DNA of 64,000 nucleotides from Gemmatimonadota bacterium (GCA_036679645.1 JAZDCY010000060.1:1-64000), one strand, 5' to 3'. Shown: positions 30,831 to 39,973, counted from the first letter of the stretch. Notes: generated by a model from the sequence alone, not told the origin. Program-made: numbers and translations.

Positions 30831-31658
30831 TCACCTGATCACCACTCCGGCATATGCCACAACGCTCTCGTCATCTCCGGTCACCCATCCGCTGTGCCGG
30901 TAGTCGACGACTTCGGCCGAGGAAGCACCGAGCTGTTTCGCGGCCTCGATCACGATCGCCGCCGGCGCGCGACCACACATCGTTACGTGCTCGCGATGGC
31001 ACACCTGCAAGAGAGCCTCGGCTTGGAGGCGTTCGATGGCGGCCAGCGCATGCTTGTCCTTGTGTGCTGCGCTCGCGGCCGACTCGTAATGAGTCATGTC
31101 CGAGGACGCGATCAACAGCACGTCGTCAGATGTCTGACGGACCACGGCGACCAGTGCGTCCGCGATCGTCCTACAGAAAGCCCAGTCGTCTGATGCGAGC
31201 ACAATGGGGACAATGCTCGTCGTGTCGCTGAGCAGCTGGAGGAAGGGAAGCTCGACCTCGATGCTGTGCTCGCCGCCATGCGCGACGGGGTCGTGCGCCA
31301 TCACGGAGCAGGTGTCGATGAGCGCTTCCGCGAACTCTTTGGCGACCTGGAGGTCTCCAAGGGGAGTCTGGAACGCGCCCCGCGCCCACGTTCCGGCGAG
31401 TCGTCCGGTCCCCACGCGGCCGCGGTGGTTCGGTCCGACGAGTACGGTTATGGGCGGGATGGCCAGGCGGCGGAAAACGTGTGCCGCACACTGGCCCGAA
31501 TAGACGAGCCCGGCGTGGGGTACGATGGCCCCGAAAGCGGGCCCGGGTTCCCCGTCGGCCCCATCGAGCTGGGTCCGGACGAGATCCTGAAGCTCGTCCC
31601 GATCTGCAGGGTAGAAGCGGCCGGCGACGGCGGGGTGGCGGAGATCGTGTTTGGGCAT
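30831..31658 (-). CDS. amrB: AmmeMemoRadiSam system protein B (MEMO1 family)
   Basis: RHPAVAGRFYP, PHAG..YSG, GPNH, EHSIEVELPFLQ, SSDMTHY, TMCG, VVAYAG. Confidence 0.9.
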   Translation of the reverse strand: MPKHDLRHPAVAGRFYPADRDELQDLVRTQLDGADGEPGPAFGAIVPHAGLVYSGQCAAHVFRRLAIPPITVLVGPNHRGRVGTGRLAGTWARGAFQTPLGDLQVAKEFAEALIDTCSVMAHDPVAHGGEHSIEVELPFLQLLSDTTSIVPIVLASDDWAFCRTIADALVAVVRQTSDDVLLIASSDMTHYESAASAAHKDKHALAAIERLQAEALLQVCHREHVTMCGRAPAAIVIEAAKQLGASSAEVVDYRHSGWVTGDDESVVAYAGVVIR

Positions 31659-31735
31659 CGTGTCCGCAGTGTTAGCGCACAGCGGAATTTCCTGCCAAGA
31701 TAGAGCCCCGAGCCTGATTCTGCGATGCGTGTGCG

Positions 31736-31831
31736 ATTGATTGCTTGCGCGCCCTAATTGACCGGTTCCGATTCCGAATTGATGCGTTCCATCCCCACAT
31801 TGACGTTGGCTTGCTTGACGCCGGCTATGTT
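31736..31831 (+). promoter_or_regulatory. phased direct-repeat promoter (putative SARP-type operator)
   Basis: ATTGA at 31736, 31757, 31778 and 31799 (exact 21 nt period), TTGC at 31811, -10-like TATGTT at 31826. Confidence 0.6.
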
Positions 31832-31885
31832 CGGCACGGTTGATCGAACACAGTGAATCTCACACCGGCGTCGGAGGAAGACGGA

Positions 31886-32098
31886 ATGTTGAAGAACAAG
31901 ATTCGGGCGATCGTGCCCATCGTCGCATTGGTCCTCGTTGCAGCCTGTTCGGATTCCACAGGCCCCGGGGCGCCGGAACTGGCGGAGATTCAGCAGGAGA
32001 GTCCGGAACAGGATCAAGCGAATAGAATACGGGGCATCGACACCGACACGAAGCGGAAGACCCCGCTCGATCAAGAGCGCGAAGACAGGGAACGGTAG
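31886..32098 (+). CDS. small lipopeptide 1 (70 aa)
   Basis: GGAGG RBS at 31873; signal peptide with VAAC lipobox, then SDSTGP; acidic tail; paralog of 34412..34603. Confidence 0.8.
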   Translation: MLKNKIRAIVPIVALVLVAACSDSTGPGAPELAEIQQESPEQDQANRIRGIDTDTKRKTPLDQEREDRER

Positions 32099-32110
32099 CT
32101 AGCGGAGAAA

Positions 32111-32197
32111 GCCGGCATACCCTTATCCATCCCACCTGCCACGGAGCAGTGCCGGCCTTAGGGGGTGTACAGCGAAAACGCTGTGCGCTCCCTCCTC
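32111..32197 (+). ncRNA. putative structured 3' RNA element/terminator, copy 1
   Basis: Stem GCCGGCAT/GTGCCGGC, then hairpin GGGGGTGTACAGCG-AAAA-CGCTGTGCGCTCCC. Confidence 0.5.
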
Positions 32198-32243
32198 CCG
32201 TTTTGGGGTGCGCGGTGAGCTGTGCGCGGGTGGGTGGGGGGGG

Positions 32244-34208
32244 TTACCCGGCTTGGTGACGTAGAGATTCGTGTCGCTGCTCGAGGCGCTTTCGCTGACC
32301 GGGAGTGAGGAGTTCCGACAAGACAACCTCGCGGAGCAACGCGGCCTCGACGAAATACCGATCTCCATCGAACGAGACGATGTGATGCCGCTCGAGTTGA
32401 GCGAGTGCATCTTCGATATCTGAGGTTGCGATATCCAGCAGTCCACTCAAGACGTCGGGTTGAACTTCGGAACCGCCGACGCAGGTCCCGACGAGCACGT
32501 CCTTTGCGGTGGCACTGAGCAGTTGGACGCGCTCCATGGTAGCCGCTTTCACTAGCTGCGGGATGTCGAACGGCACCGGAGTTTCGAGCGTGACGTTCTC
32601 GAGCGGCCACACAAGCGCCTCGCCACGCAGCGATGAAACCTCGGCGAGTCCACGCAGCAAGGACACGGTAAGGAACGGATCGCCTCCGGTCTCGAAATCC
32701 ACGCGCCGCGCGAGGCGGGCCAGTTGCTCCTCCCCGTCACACCAGGGCGCCATCTCTTGCACGAGCGCGCGGACCTCGTCACCCGAGAACAGCTCGAGCT
32801 CGACGGTTCCCCCGGCTAGGCGTCTGCCGACATCCCCCAGGAGCTTTGTGAGCCCGGTGTATTCACCCTTGGCGTCTTCGCAAGTGCTGAGCACGACGAG
32901 GATGGGGCGACCGATAGCCGTGCCAATGGCGCCTCGCAACGCCGACAACGTGGCTTCGTCGGCCAGGTGTGCGTCGTCGATGACGACCGCGAGCGGAGTT
33001 TCCTCGGCGATCGCCTCGAATAGCCCGCCCAGGGCATTCCCAATATCGGTATGGCCGAGCCCGGACATCGGCTCGAACCGTTCCGCCAATCGCGGGACGA
33101 CCGACGCGAGCATGCGTAGAGCGGTCGGATCGGTCGCGGCAAGACCCGGCGCATCGAACAGACCGCCTCGCATCAGCTGCCGCAGTGTGCTCCATGGTGT
33201 CCCGGGGTCGGTTCCCAGGGGATTGGCCAGCGCGATCATCCCACCTTCCAATCGCCACCGATTCACGCACTCCGACAGGAGCCGGGTTTTTCCTCGTCCG
33301 GCCAGCGCACTCACGACCAGCACGCGGGGACCTTGGGCAAGTGCCATGGACAACTCGGTGAATGCGCGGTTGTGCTCCCGCTCCCGCCCCACGAGCGGTG
33401 GTTCCGCGTCGGTATGCACCAGCGATGCGCGCCGCCACCGACCTTCGCGAATCCGCTCGGCCAGGGCGCGCAGCTCCTTGCTGGGCGGCACACTGTACTC
33501 GCGCTCTATGTGCCGAGCGAAATCACGATACGTAATGAGTGCGCCGGAGGAGTCGCCGCTAAGCGCGGATGCGCGCATTTGCAGCCGTACGGCCGCTTCG
33601 GCTTCGGCATCGATACCGAGCGCCCGTTGGGCCACAGTCTGAGCGACCTCGAACTCAGATGTCGAGAGCGCCTGCTCTCCGCTGTCGATCAACGAAGAGA
33701 GACTGCGGTTGCGGAGTCGCGCGCGCTCCTGCTCTAGCCACTGCTCGAACGCGGGCGCATCGGGAAGGCTCAGGCCGTCGAGGAACTCTCCGTCCCCTTC
33801 CCCGTCGCCGAGAGCATCCACGCGCAGTTGCTCGCCGCTCAGCGTGATCGCGTCGCCGCGCGAAATGAGGCGCTTGGCGCCAAGTGCGGCCCGCAGCCGG
33901 CGCACGGCCTCGTTGAGTGAATGGCGGGCGCGGGCCTGGTCCTTTTCGGGCCACAACAAGCCCATGAGATGGTCGCGGGACCGTGTGTGCTGCGGCGAAA
34001 GTGCGAGATACGCCAATAACGCCACGTGTTTCCGCCACATGACGTCGGCCGCGGGCTCCTCGCCGTCCACCAGGACGGCCGGGGGCCCGAGGCATCTCAT
34101 CTCGAGAGATCTGGGTTTCCCGAACATTGTACGCAAGCCGCTGTAATATCTCGTTTTGCGGTCAGATGTGGTACTAGACGTCCGGGTTGCATCTGGGTTG
34201 TGACTCAT
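32244..34208 (-). CDS. SARP-type wHTH-BTAD + AAA ATPase transcriptional regulator 1
   Basis: CLGPP...ALLAYLAL...RDHLMGLLWP...ARHSLNEAVRRLR, FEQWL..ER, PLVGRE, ALAGRGKT, VIDDAH, TGGDP. Start may be 34127. Confidence 0.88.
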   Translation of the reverse strand: MSHNPDATRTSSTTSDRKTRYYSGLRTMFGKPRSLEMRCLGPPAVLVDGEEPAADVMWRKHVALLAYLALSPQHTRSRDHLMGLLWPEKDQARARHSLNEAVRRLRAALGAKRLISRGDAITLSGEQLRVDALGDGEGDGEFLDGLSLPDAPAFEQWLEQERARLRNRSLSSLIDSGEQALSTSEFEVAQTVAQRALGIDAEAEAAVRLQMRASALSGDSSGALITYRDFARHIEREYSVPPSKELRALAERIREGRWRRASLVHTDAEPPLVGREREHNRAFTELSMALAQGPRVLVVSALAGRGKTRLLSECVNRWRLEGGMIALANPLGTDPGTPWSTLRQLMRGGLFDAPGLAATDPTALRMLASVVPRLAERFEPMSGLGHTDIGNALGGLFEAIAEETPLAVVIDDAHLADEATLSALRGAIGTAIGRPILVVLSTCEDAKGEYTGLTKLLGDVGRRLAGGTVELELFSGDEVRALVQEMAPWCDGEEQLARLARRVDFETGGDPFLTVSLLRGLAEVSSLRGEALVWPLENVTLETPVPFDIPQLVKAATMERVQLLSATAKDVLVGTCVGGSEVQPDVLSGLLDIATSDIEDALAQLERHHIVSFDGDRYFVEAALLREVVLSELLTPGQRKRLEQRHESLRHQAG

Positions 34209-34314
34209 TCAGTAGAGCAATACGGGTGAAGTGATCGGAAAGATGCGAAGAAGGCGGAATGGCGAGAAGGGCGCTTGAGGGCGGGAATAGGTTAAATGGT
34301 TATACGACAGTGAG

Positions 34315-34367
34315 TTGACAGCAGTTGGCGGGGGATTGAGAGCTGCTTGAGGGGTGGTCCCTAGCTT
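34315..34367 (+). promoter_or_regulatory. phased direct-repeat promoter (putative SARP-type operator)
   Basis: TTGA 34315, TTGG 34325, TTGA 34336, TTGA 34347, -10-like TAGCTT at 34362. Confidence 0.6.
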
Positions 34368-34411
34368 TGCTTTCAGTAAGTGACGGCAATGACCTGCTCT
34401 GGAGGCGAACC

Positions 34412-34603
34412 ATGAAAGCCAAGCGCATTTTCCCCGCAATCGCGATCACGCTGATCCTCGCTCTTTCTGCCTGCTCAGACGCTCTCGGGCCGACCGGTCA
34501 GAACCCAGAAGTCGCCACGGTGCTCGAGAACCAGGACGACTCCAGCCAGGACGCGCAGGGACAGCAGGGCAAGAAGCAGGATAACCCGCTCGAACAGCAG
34601 TAG
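34412..34603 (+). CDS. small lipopeptide 2 (63 aa)
   Basis: GGAGG RBS at 34401; LSAC lipobox, then SDALGP; Q/D-rich tail ending NPLEQQ. Confidence 0.8.
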   Translation: MKAKRIFPAIAITLILALSACSDALGPTGQNPEVATVLENQDDSSQDAQGQQGKKQDNPLEQQ

Positions 34604-34622
34604 GGATCGCTGAGAGGTTCTA

Positions 34623-34701
34623 CCGCCGGGAAGATCGACCATCTCGCCTCGGAGCAAACCGGCGGCCTAGGGGGCGCGGAGGGAAACCTCCCGCCCCTCC
34701 T
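34623..34701 (+). ncRNA. putative structured 3' RNA element/terminator, copy 2
   Basis: Stem CCGCCGG/CCGGCGG, then hairpin GGGGGCGCGGAGG-GAAA-CCTCCCGCCCCT. Confidence 0.5.
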
Positions 34702-34766
34702 TCCTTTCCCCCCAACCCTTCCACACCACCCCCGGTGGGAGGGCGGAAAGGCGGAAAGAGTAGCCG

Positions 34767-35849
34767 CTATCTGCCGCCTCGCATCCGCTCCACCACCATA
34801 TTGCCCATGTCGGAGGTCGCGATGCCGCTGCGGGCGTCGGCCGATTTCACCTGACCGCTCGTGAGGAGGTCCGCGATCGCGTCGTCGATGCGTTTGGCGC
34901 CGCTCGTCTCGCCAAGGAAGTCGAGCATCATGCCCGCGGCCGAGATGGCGCCGAGTGGGCAGGCGACGTTTTTGCCGGCGTACTTGGGTGCCGAGCCGTG
35001 GATCGGCTCGAACATCGACGTCTGACCTGGGTGGATGTTCCCTGAGGCGGCGATGCCCATGCCGCCCTGGAGCATGGCGCCCAGGTCGGTGATGATGTCG
35101 CCGAACAGGTTCGTGGTGACGAGCACGTCGAACCACTCGGGGTTCTTGATCATCCACATACAGCACGCGTCGACGTACGCGTGGTCCTGCTCAACCTGCG
35201 GGAAATCCTCCGCGACTTGCGCGTACACACGCGTCCAGAGGTCGTGGGGCCGTATGGCGTTCGCCTTGTCGACAAGCATCACACGCGCCTGGTGTCCGTT
35301 GCCTTTTTCCTTCGCGCGTCTCTCGGCGAGCTCGAAGGCGTAGCGCGATGCCCGCTCACAGCCCTTCCATGTGTACACGCCGTTCACGAGGGCAACCTCG
35401 TCGGGCGTGTTCTTCTTCAGGTGCCCGCCGATCTGCGCATAGAGTCCCTCGGTATTCTCGCGGACGACGATGAAGTCGATGTCGTCGGGTCCCTTGCCCT
35501 TCAACGGACAGAGGTGCTCGCTATAGAGCTTGATGGGCCGGAGATTGATGTAGAGATCGAGGCCGAATCGCAGTCCCAGAATGACCGATCGCTCGACCAG
35601 CCCAGGCTCGACGTCCGGATGCCCGATGGCGCCGAGCAGTACGGCGTCGAGCGTGCGCCACTCGTCGATGACCGAGTCGGGGACCAACTCCCTGGTCTTG
35701 AGGTAGTAGTCGCCGCTGTAGGGGTAGTCGACCAGTTCGTAGGTGAACCCCTCGAGCTTGGCTACAGCCGCGAGGGCTTTGAGCGCTTCGTCGGTGACCT
35801 CGGGTCCAATACCGTCACCGGGGAGGACCCCGATCGTGTAGGATGCCAT
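34767..35849 (-). CDS. leuB: 3-isopropylmalate dehydrogenase (beta-decarboxylating dehydrogenase family)
   Basis: PGDGIGPEV, NLRP, VRENTEG.Y, VDKAN, NLFGDIITD, FEPIHGSAP. Confidence 0.85.
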   Translation of the reverse strand: MASYTIGVLPGDGIGPEVTDEALKALAAVAKLEGFTYELVDYPYSGDYYLKTRELVPDSVIDEWRTLDAVLLGAIGHPDVEPGLVERSVILGLRFGLDLYINLRPIKLYSEHLCPLKGKGPDDIDFIVVRENTEGLYAQIGGHLKKNTPDEVALVNGVYTWKGCERASRYAFELAERRAKEKGNGHQARVMLVDKANAIRPHDLWTRVYAQVAEDFPQVEQDHAYVDACCMWMIKNPEWFDVLVTTNLFGDIITDLGAMLQGGMGIAASGNIHPGQTSMFEPIHGSAPKYAGKNVACPLGAISAAGMMLDFLGETSGAKRIDDAIADLLTSGQVKSADARSGIATSDMGNMVVERMRGGR

Positions 35850-35867
35850 TGCGCGTGTGGTAGTGGG

Positions 35868-36524
35868 TCAGAAGCCGAAGGAGAGCCCAATCGAGATGAC
35901 CGGATAGTACTTGAACAGATTGAGATCGTCCTCCGCGGCGGCCACTTCCCGGTCGAGGTCGGCCTGGAAGCCTGGCGTCTGGGAGATCGGACCGTTCGCC
36001 GTGAACGTCACGTCGGGCTGTCCCTGAAAGGCGACGCCCAAGTCGAGGATGAACCCGATCCGTCCGCTGGCGATGTTCCCCCATCCGATGCCGATGTAAG
36101 GCGCGATGTCGTTGTTGACGATCGTCCCGGTCAGGCTACCGACATCTGTTCCCGCGTAGGTGGAATCCCCGATATCAACCGTTCCCGTGAATACGCCGGT
36201 GATGTCGAGATCCGGTGAGGAGAACAAGACGCCGCCGCTCACGCGGAACTGACCCGCGAGAAAGAGGTCGACGAATCCGACGAACTGCGGTGAGGGAAGG
36301 TCGACCGTGAAGTCGATGTCCGAGATCGTGAGATCGATATCCGATGGGAAGATGCCACCGCCGACGCGCAAGGTGACCCGATCGTGCACCGCGATGCCGA
36401 TGTCCGCACCCAATCCCAGCGTGCCGACGTGGGGCGCCACGCCAAAGCTCGGGCCTTGGGCCAGGATTGGAGCGGGCGCCGTCGCCACAGCGAGGCACGC
36501 GAAGAGGGTCAGCAGGCGTGTCAT
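35868..36524 (-). CDS. outer membrane beta-barrel protein
   Basis: Signal peptide, GTLGLG, PYIGIGWG, C-terminal aromatic residue (GLSFGF); GGAG RBS. Confidence 0.8.
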   Translation of the reverse strand: MTRLLTLFACLAVATAPAPILAQGPSFGVAPHVGTLGLGADIGIAVHDRVTLRVGGGIFPSDIDLTISDIDFTVDLPSPQFVGFVDLFLAGQFRVSGGVLFSSPDLDITGVFTGTVDIGDSTYAGTDVGSLTGTIVNNDIAPYIGIGWGNIASGRIGFILDLGVAFQGQPDVTFTANGPISQTPGFQADLDREVAAAEDDLNLFKYYPVISIGLSFGF

Positions 36525-36592
36525 AGATATGCTCCAAGTCTTACGGGAGTTCGATAATCGCCGGCCGGGTGAGATCGTTGACCGGTACGGAC

Positions 36593-38488
36593 CTAATCTA
36601 ATCGCGTGCGTGCGCCGGACCACTCTGCGAAACGTGTCTCGAAGCGCTTGCGGCGGCTGGGTGTCAGGAACTCGCCGCGTATTACCGCGGCAATGATCGG
36701 AGCTTCCAAGTGGAACCGATCTCCGTCGAACACCACGAACCGGTGCCGTTCGAGTTCCTCGAGACCACGATCTACGGTGGCCGCGTCGAGTTCCGTGAGA
36801 GCGACGATCGCCTCGGGGTCGATGACGCGCGGCCCGATCGTCGCCGCGACCAGAACGTGACGCCCCTGCTCGGAAAGCTCGTTTGCCCGAGCAATCGTCA
36901 TGAGCCGGACGAGTTCCGGAACGTCGAATGGAACGGCTGAATCGATCGTATGACGTGGAGGCGGCCACTGGGTCGCGTCCTCGCGGAGCGCTGTCACGCG
37001 GCGGAGACCCTGCAACAACGTGGTTGCGAGGAGTGGGTTCCCGCTCGTCTCGTACCAGACCCGGCGTGCGAGCCGGTCGCGCTGCTCATCGTCGGGGCAC
37101 CAATCAGCCAGCAGCATGACGAGCGACGTGATATCGGCCTCGGTAAGGGGACCGAGGCGAACGATCATTCCCGGCAGACGACGGCCGATTTCCCCGACCA
37201 ATCCGATGCGGCTACCTTGTGCGGTCCCGCCGTCCGCGGCGGCAACGGCCAGCAGCACCGGCTCGTCGCGTAGCTGGCCCATGGCTGCCTGCCAGGCTCC
37301 CAACGTGCTGGCGTCCGCCCAATGCCCGTCGTCCACGACGATCGCCACCGGCTGCTCTTCGGCGACCGCTCGGATGAGCGACACGAGTGCCGTGGCGACG
37401 TGTGCGTGATCCAGCGCCGGCGAGGGATCCGCTCGTTCGCACAGCTCCGGTATGACGCTCGCGAGCACCGCGAGGGCGGCGGGATCTGTTCCGGCGAGCC
37501 CGGGGGCGTCGAGTAGACCTCCGCGGGCCAGCGCGCGCAACGTGCTCCACTCGGCATCACGATCCTGTTCCAGCGCGCGACCGACCGCGAGCAAACCGCC
37601 GTCGAGTTGCCAGCGATTCACGCACTCGCTCAGAAGACGAGTCTTTCCACTTCCGCTGTCACCGAGTACGGCGGCGGTGCGGCTCGCTCCCCGAAAAGCC
37701 TCCCCTACGAGCCGGAAGATCTCCTCGTGCACGGCGGCCCGGCCGACGAGCGGGGGATCCACATCCGGCGACGCCACCGAGCGTCGGCGCCAGCGCCCGT
37801 TGCGGATGCGCTCCGCGAGCGCCGTCAGCTCGCGGCTGGGATCCTCGGCGAACTCCGCCTCGAGACGGTTGGCGAATTCGTGGAACCCGCGTAGCGCACC
37901 GGCAGCATCCCCCGCCAAGGTCGCGGCGCGCATCCGCAACCGCGCGGCCGGCTCGGAGTACGGGTCGAGCGCAAGCACGCGGGCTGCCGCCTCGTGCGCC
38001 TCGGCAAACCGCAGCGCGGCCAGCTCCCGCTCGCCGGTCCGCAACAAGGCCGAACTTGCCTGGGTCCGATGTCGCCCGCGCTCGGCCATGACCCAATCCT
38101 CAAAGGCCGGGGCGTCGTCGAGGGTCAGGCCCTCCAGGAAATCCCCGCGCGTAAGCGCCCGCTCGAGATCGTCCGCGTCGACGGAAAGTGCGGTGTCGTC
38201 GAGCGTGAGTGTGTCGCCCTTCGAGCGGATTCGGTCTGTCCCGAGTCCGGAGCGGAGTCGCCGCACCGCCTCGTTGAGTGAGTGGCGCGCCTTCGTCTGG
38301 TCCTTTTCGGGCCAGAGGAGCCCGAGCAGGTGTTCCCGCGACCTGGTCCGGTCGGGCGAGAGCGCCAGGTAGGCCAACAGCGCCACGTTCTTGCGCCATA
38401 GCACGTCCGTGGGCGGCTCCGCTCCGTCGATCCGGATGACCGGAGGGCCGAAACACCGGAGCTCCAGGGTCGGCAACTGATCGGGCAT
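36593..38488 (-). CDS. SARP-type wHTH-BTAD + AAA ATPase transcriptional regulator 2 (paralog of 32244..34208)
   Basis: CFGPP...WRKNVALLAYLAL...ARHSLNEAVRRLR, PLVGR, GDSGSGKT, VVDDGHW, TSGNP. Confidence 0.88.
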   Translation of the reverse strand: MPDQLPTLELRCFGPPVIRIDGAEPPTDVLWRKNVALLAYLALSPDRTRSREHLLGLLWPEKDQTKARHSLNEAVRRLRSGLGTDRIRSKGDTLTLDDTALSVDADDLERALTRGDFLEGLTLDDAPAFEDWVMAERGRHRTQASSALLRTGERELAALRFAEAHEAAARVLALDPYSEPAARLRMRAATLAGDAAGALRGFHEFANRLEAEFAEDPSRELTALAERIRNGRWRRRSVASPDVDPPLVGRAAVHEEIFRLVGEAFRGASRTAAVLGDSGSGKTRLLSECVNRWQLDGGLLAVGRALEQDRDAEWSTLRALARGGLLDAPGLAGTDPAALAVLASVIPELCERADPSPALDHAHVATALVSLIRAVAEEQPVAIVVDDGHWADASTLGAWQAAMGQLRDEPVLLAVAAADGGTAQGSRIGLVGEIGRRLPGMIVRLGPLTEADITSLVMLLADWCPDDEQRDRLARRVWYETSGNPLLATTLLQGLRRVTALREDATQWPPPRHTIDSAVPFDVPELVRLMTIARANELSEQGRHVLVAATIGPRVIDPEAIVALTELDAATVDRGLEELERHRFVVFDGDRFHLEAPIIAAVIRGEFLTPSRRKRFETRFAEWSGARTRLD

Positions 38489-38642
38489 ATCGGGCGAGAA
38501 TATGCCCCGCAGTCCGGTCGCCCGCGAGCGACCGGGACAGGGGCGCCGTAGCGGCTGGCGGTGACGTAGTACAGACTTAGACTCATGTACCGGCCGCGCT
38601 CGGCCGGTCTCCGACCCATTTCCCGTCGCGAGGGACCGCCGC

Positions 38643-39794
38643 ATGGCTCCGACCCTCTCTGATACCGAGTTGCTGGCGTGCCTGGTAGCGTTCGACACGA
38701 CGAGCAGCAACAGCAATCTTCCGCTGATCGACTTCGTATCCGACTACCTGGATCGGCCCGGTATTCGTCTGACGCGAAACCGGTCGCCGGAAGAGACGAA
38801 GTCGAACCTGGTGGTCGAGCTTGGGCCGGAGGCGGGCGACGAGCGGGCGGGCCTCATGCTCTCCGGACACACTGACACGGTGCCCGCGGAGGAGCCCGAG
38901 TGGCGCACGCCGCCGCATCAACTCACCACGGTGGACGGGCGGCTCTACGGCAGAGGCAGCAGTGACATGAAGGGATTCGTGGCGCTGGCCATCAACACCG
39001 CCGCCACGCTCGATCCCAACGCCATGAAAGCGCCTCTCGCGCTCGTGCTGACGTACGACGAAGAGGTCGGCCTACTTGGCGCCAAGCAGTTTGCGGAAAC
39101 TTGGCCGGCGTCCGCCCGTCTCCCGAAGAACACGGTCATCGGGGAGCCGACACGGCTCGAGGTAGTACGCGCGCACAAGGGCTTCGTGGATCTCCGGTTC
39201 ATCTTCAGCGGTGAGAGCGCCCACAGCGGATACCCGCATCTGGGGCGCAATGCCATTGAGCCGGTGGGGAAGGCGATATCCGCGCTCGTCGAACTACGAC
39301 GGTTGCTCGAGGCTGAGGGCGGTCCACACGCAGATGAGTTTCCGGATGTGCCGTACGCTCCGCTCAACGTTGGGCGTGTCGTCGGGGGTGTCGCCACGAA
39401 CGTCGTGCCGGACAGATGTGTCCTCGAGATCTCAACCCGACCCCTGCCCGGGATGCAGCCCTCGGATCTCGCGGAGCGCATCGAGCGGGTCGTTCGCAAC
39501 GCGGCAGATGGAGAACCGCTCGAGGTGGAGACGATGAGCAGCAGCCCACCCCTGCTGCTCGCCCCCGATGCGGAGGTCCACATCGCCGCACGTGAAGCGG
39601 TGGGACAGACCGAGGACAAGGCCGTCTCGTATGCAACGGACGGCGGGTGGTTTCAGCAGATGGGCTTCGAGTGCGTGGTTTGGGGCCCCGGCGATATCGC
39701 CCGCGCGCACAAGCCCAACGAGTTCATCGGTATCGACGAACTCCAGCGTGGGCGTGAAGTGCTGGATCCCTTCGTTCGGCGTTTCTGCTTCTAG
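38643..39794 (+). CDS. argE: acetylornithine deacetylase (M20 family)
   Basis: FDTTS..SNLPLI, LSGHTDTVP, GRGSSDMKGF, DEEVG, IGEPT, AHKG, AHKPNE. Confidence 0.9.
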   Translation: MAPTLSDTELLACLVAFDTTSSNSNLPLIDFVSDYLDRPGIRLTRNRSPEETKSNLVVELGPEAGDERAGLMLSGHTDTVPAEEPEWRTPPHQLTTVDGRLYGRGSSDMKGFVALAINTAATLDPNAMKAPLALVLTYDEEVGLLGAKQFAETWPASARLPKNTVIGEPTRLEVVRAHKGFVDLRFIFSGESAHSGYPHLGRNAIEPVGKAISALVELRRLLEAEGGPHADEFPDVPYAPLNVGRVVGGVATNVVPDRCVLEISTRPLPGMQPSDLAERIERVVRNAADGEPLEVETMSSSPPLLLAPDAEVHIAAREAVGQTEDKAVSYATDGGWFQQMGFECVVWGPGDIARAHKPNEFIGIDELQRGREVLDPFVRRFCF

Positions 39795-39973
39795 CTGCAG
39801 GTCCGACTGCGCGCGGTGCGGTTCGTCTTCCGCTCGGCGATGGCATCGCTGTCGAACTCACCGACGCGCGCTCCAGCACCGACCGGTGTGCTCCGCTGGA
39901 CGAAGGCAGATCGGTTACGCCCACTCCCATCGTGGCGAGAAGAGCGGACTAGCCTCGAATCTCCTTGTGTGAC

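Noticed and set aside
34412..34603. Amyloid signalling motif partner of an NLR-like protein
   Set aside because: The peptide is an exported lipoprotein, and no matching motif is visible at the regulator N-terminus.
31886..34603. RiPP precursor peptides
   Set aside because: No modifying enzymes or dedicated transporter nearby; the N-termini are classical lipoprotein signals.
39795..39970. sRNA or small ORF between argE and ALDH
   Set aside because: Only weak GC-rich pairing and no supportable ORF or motif.
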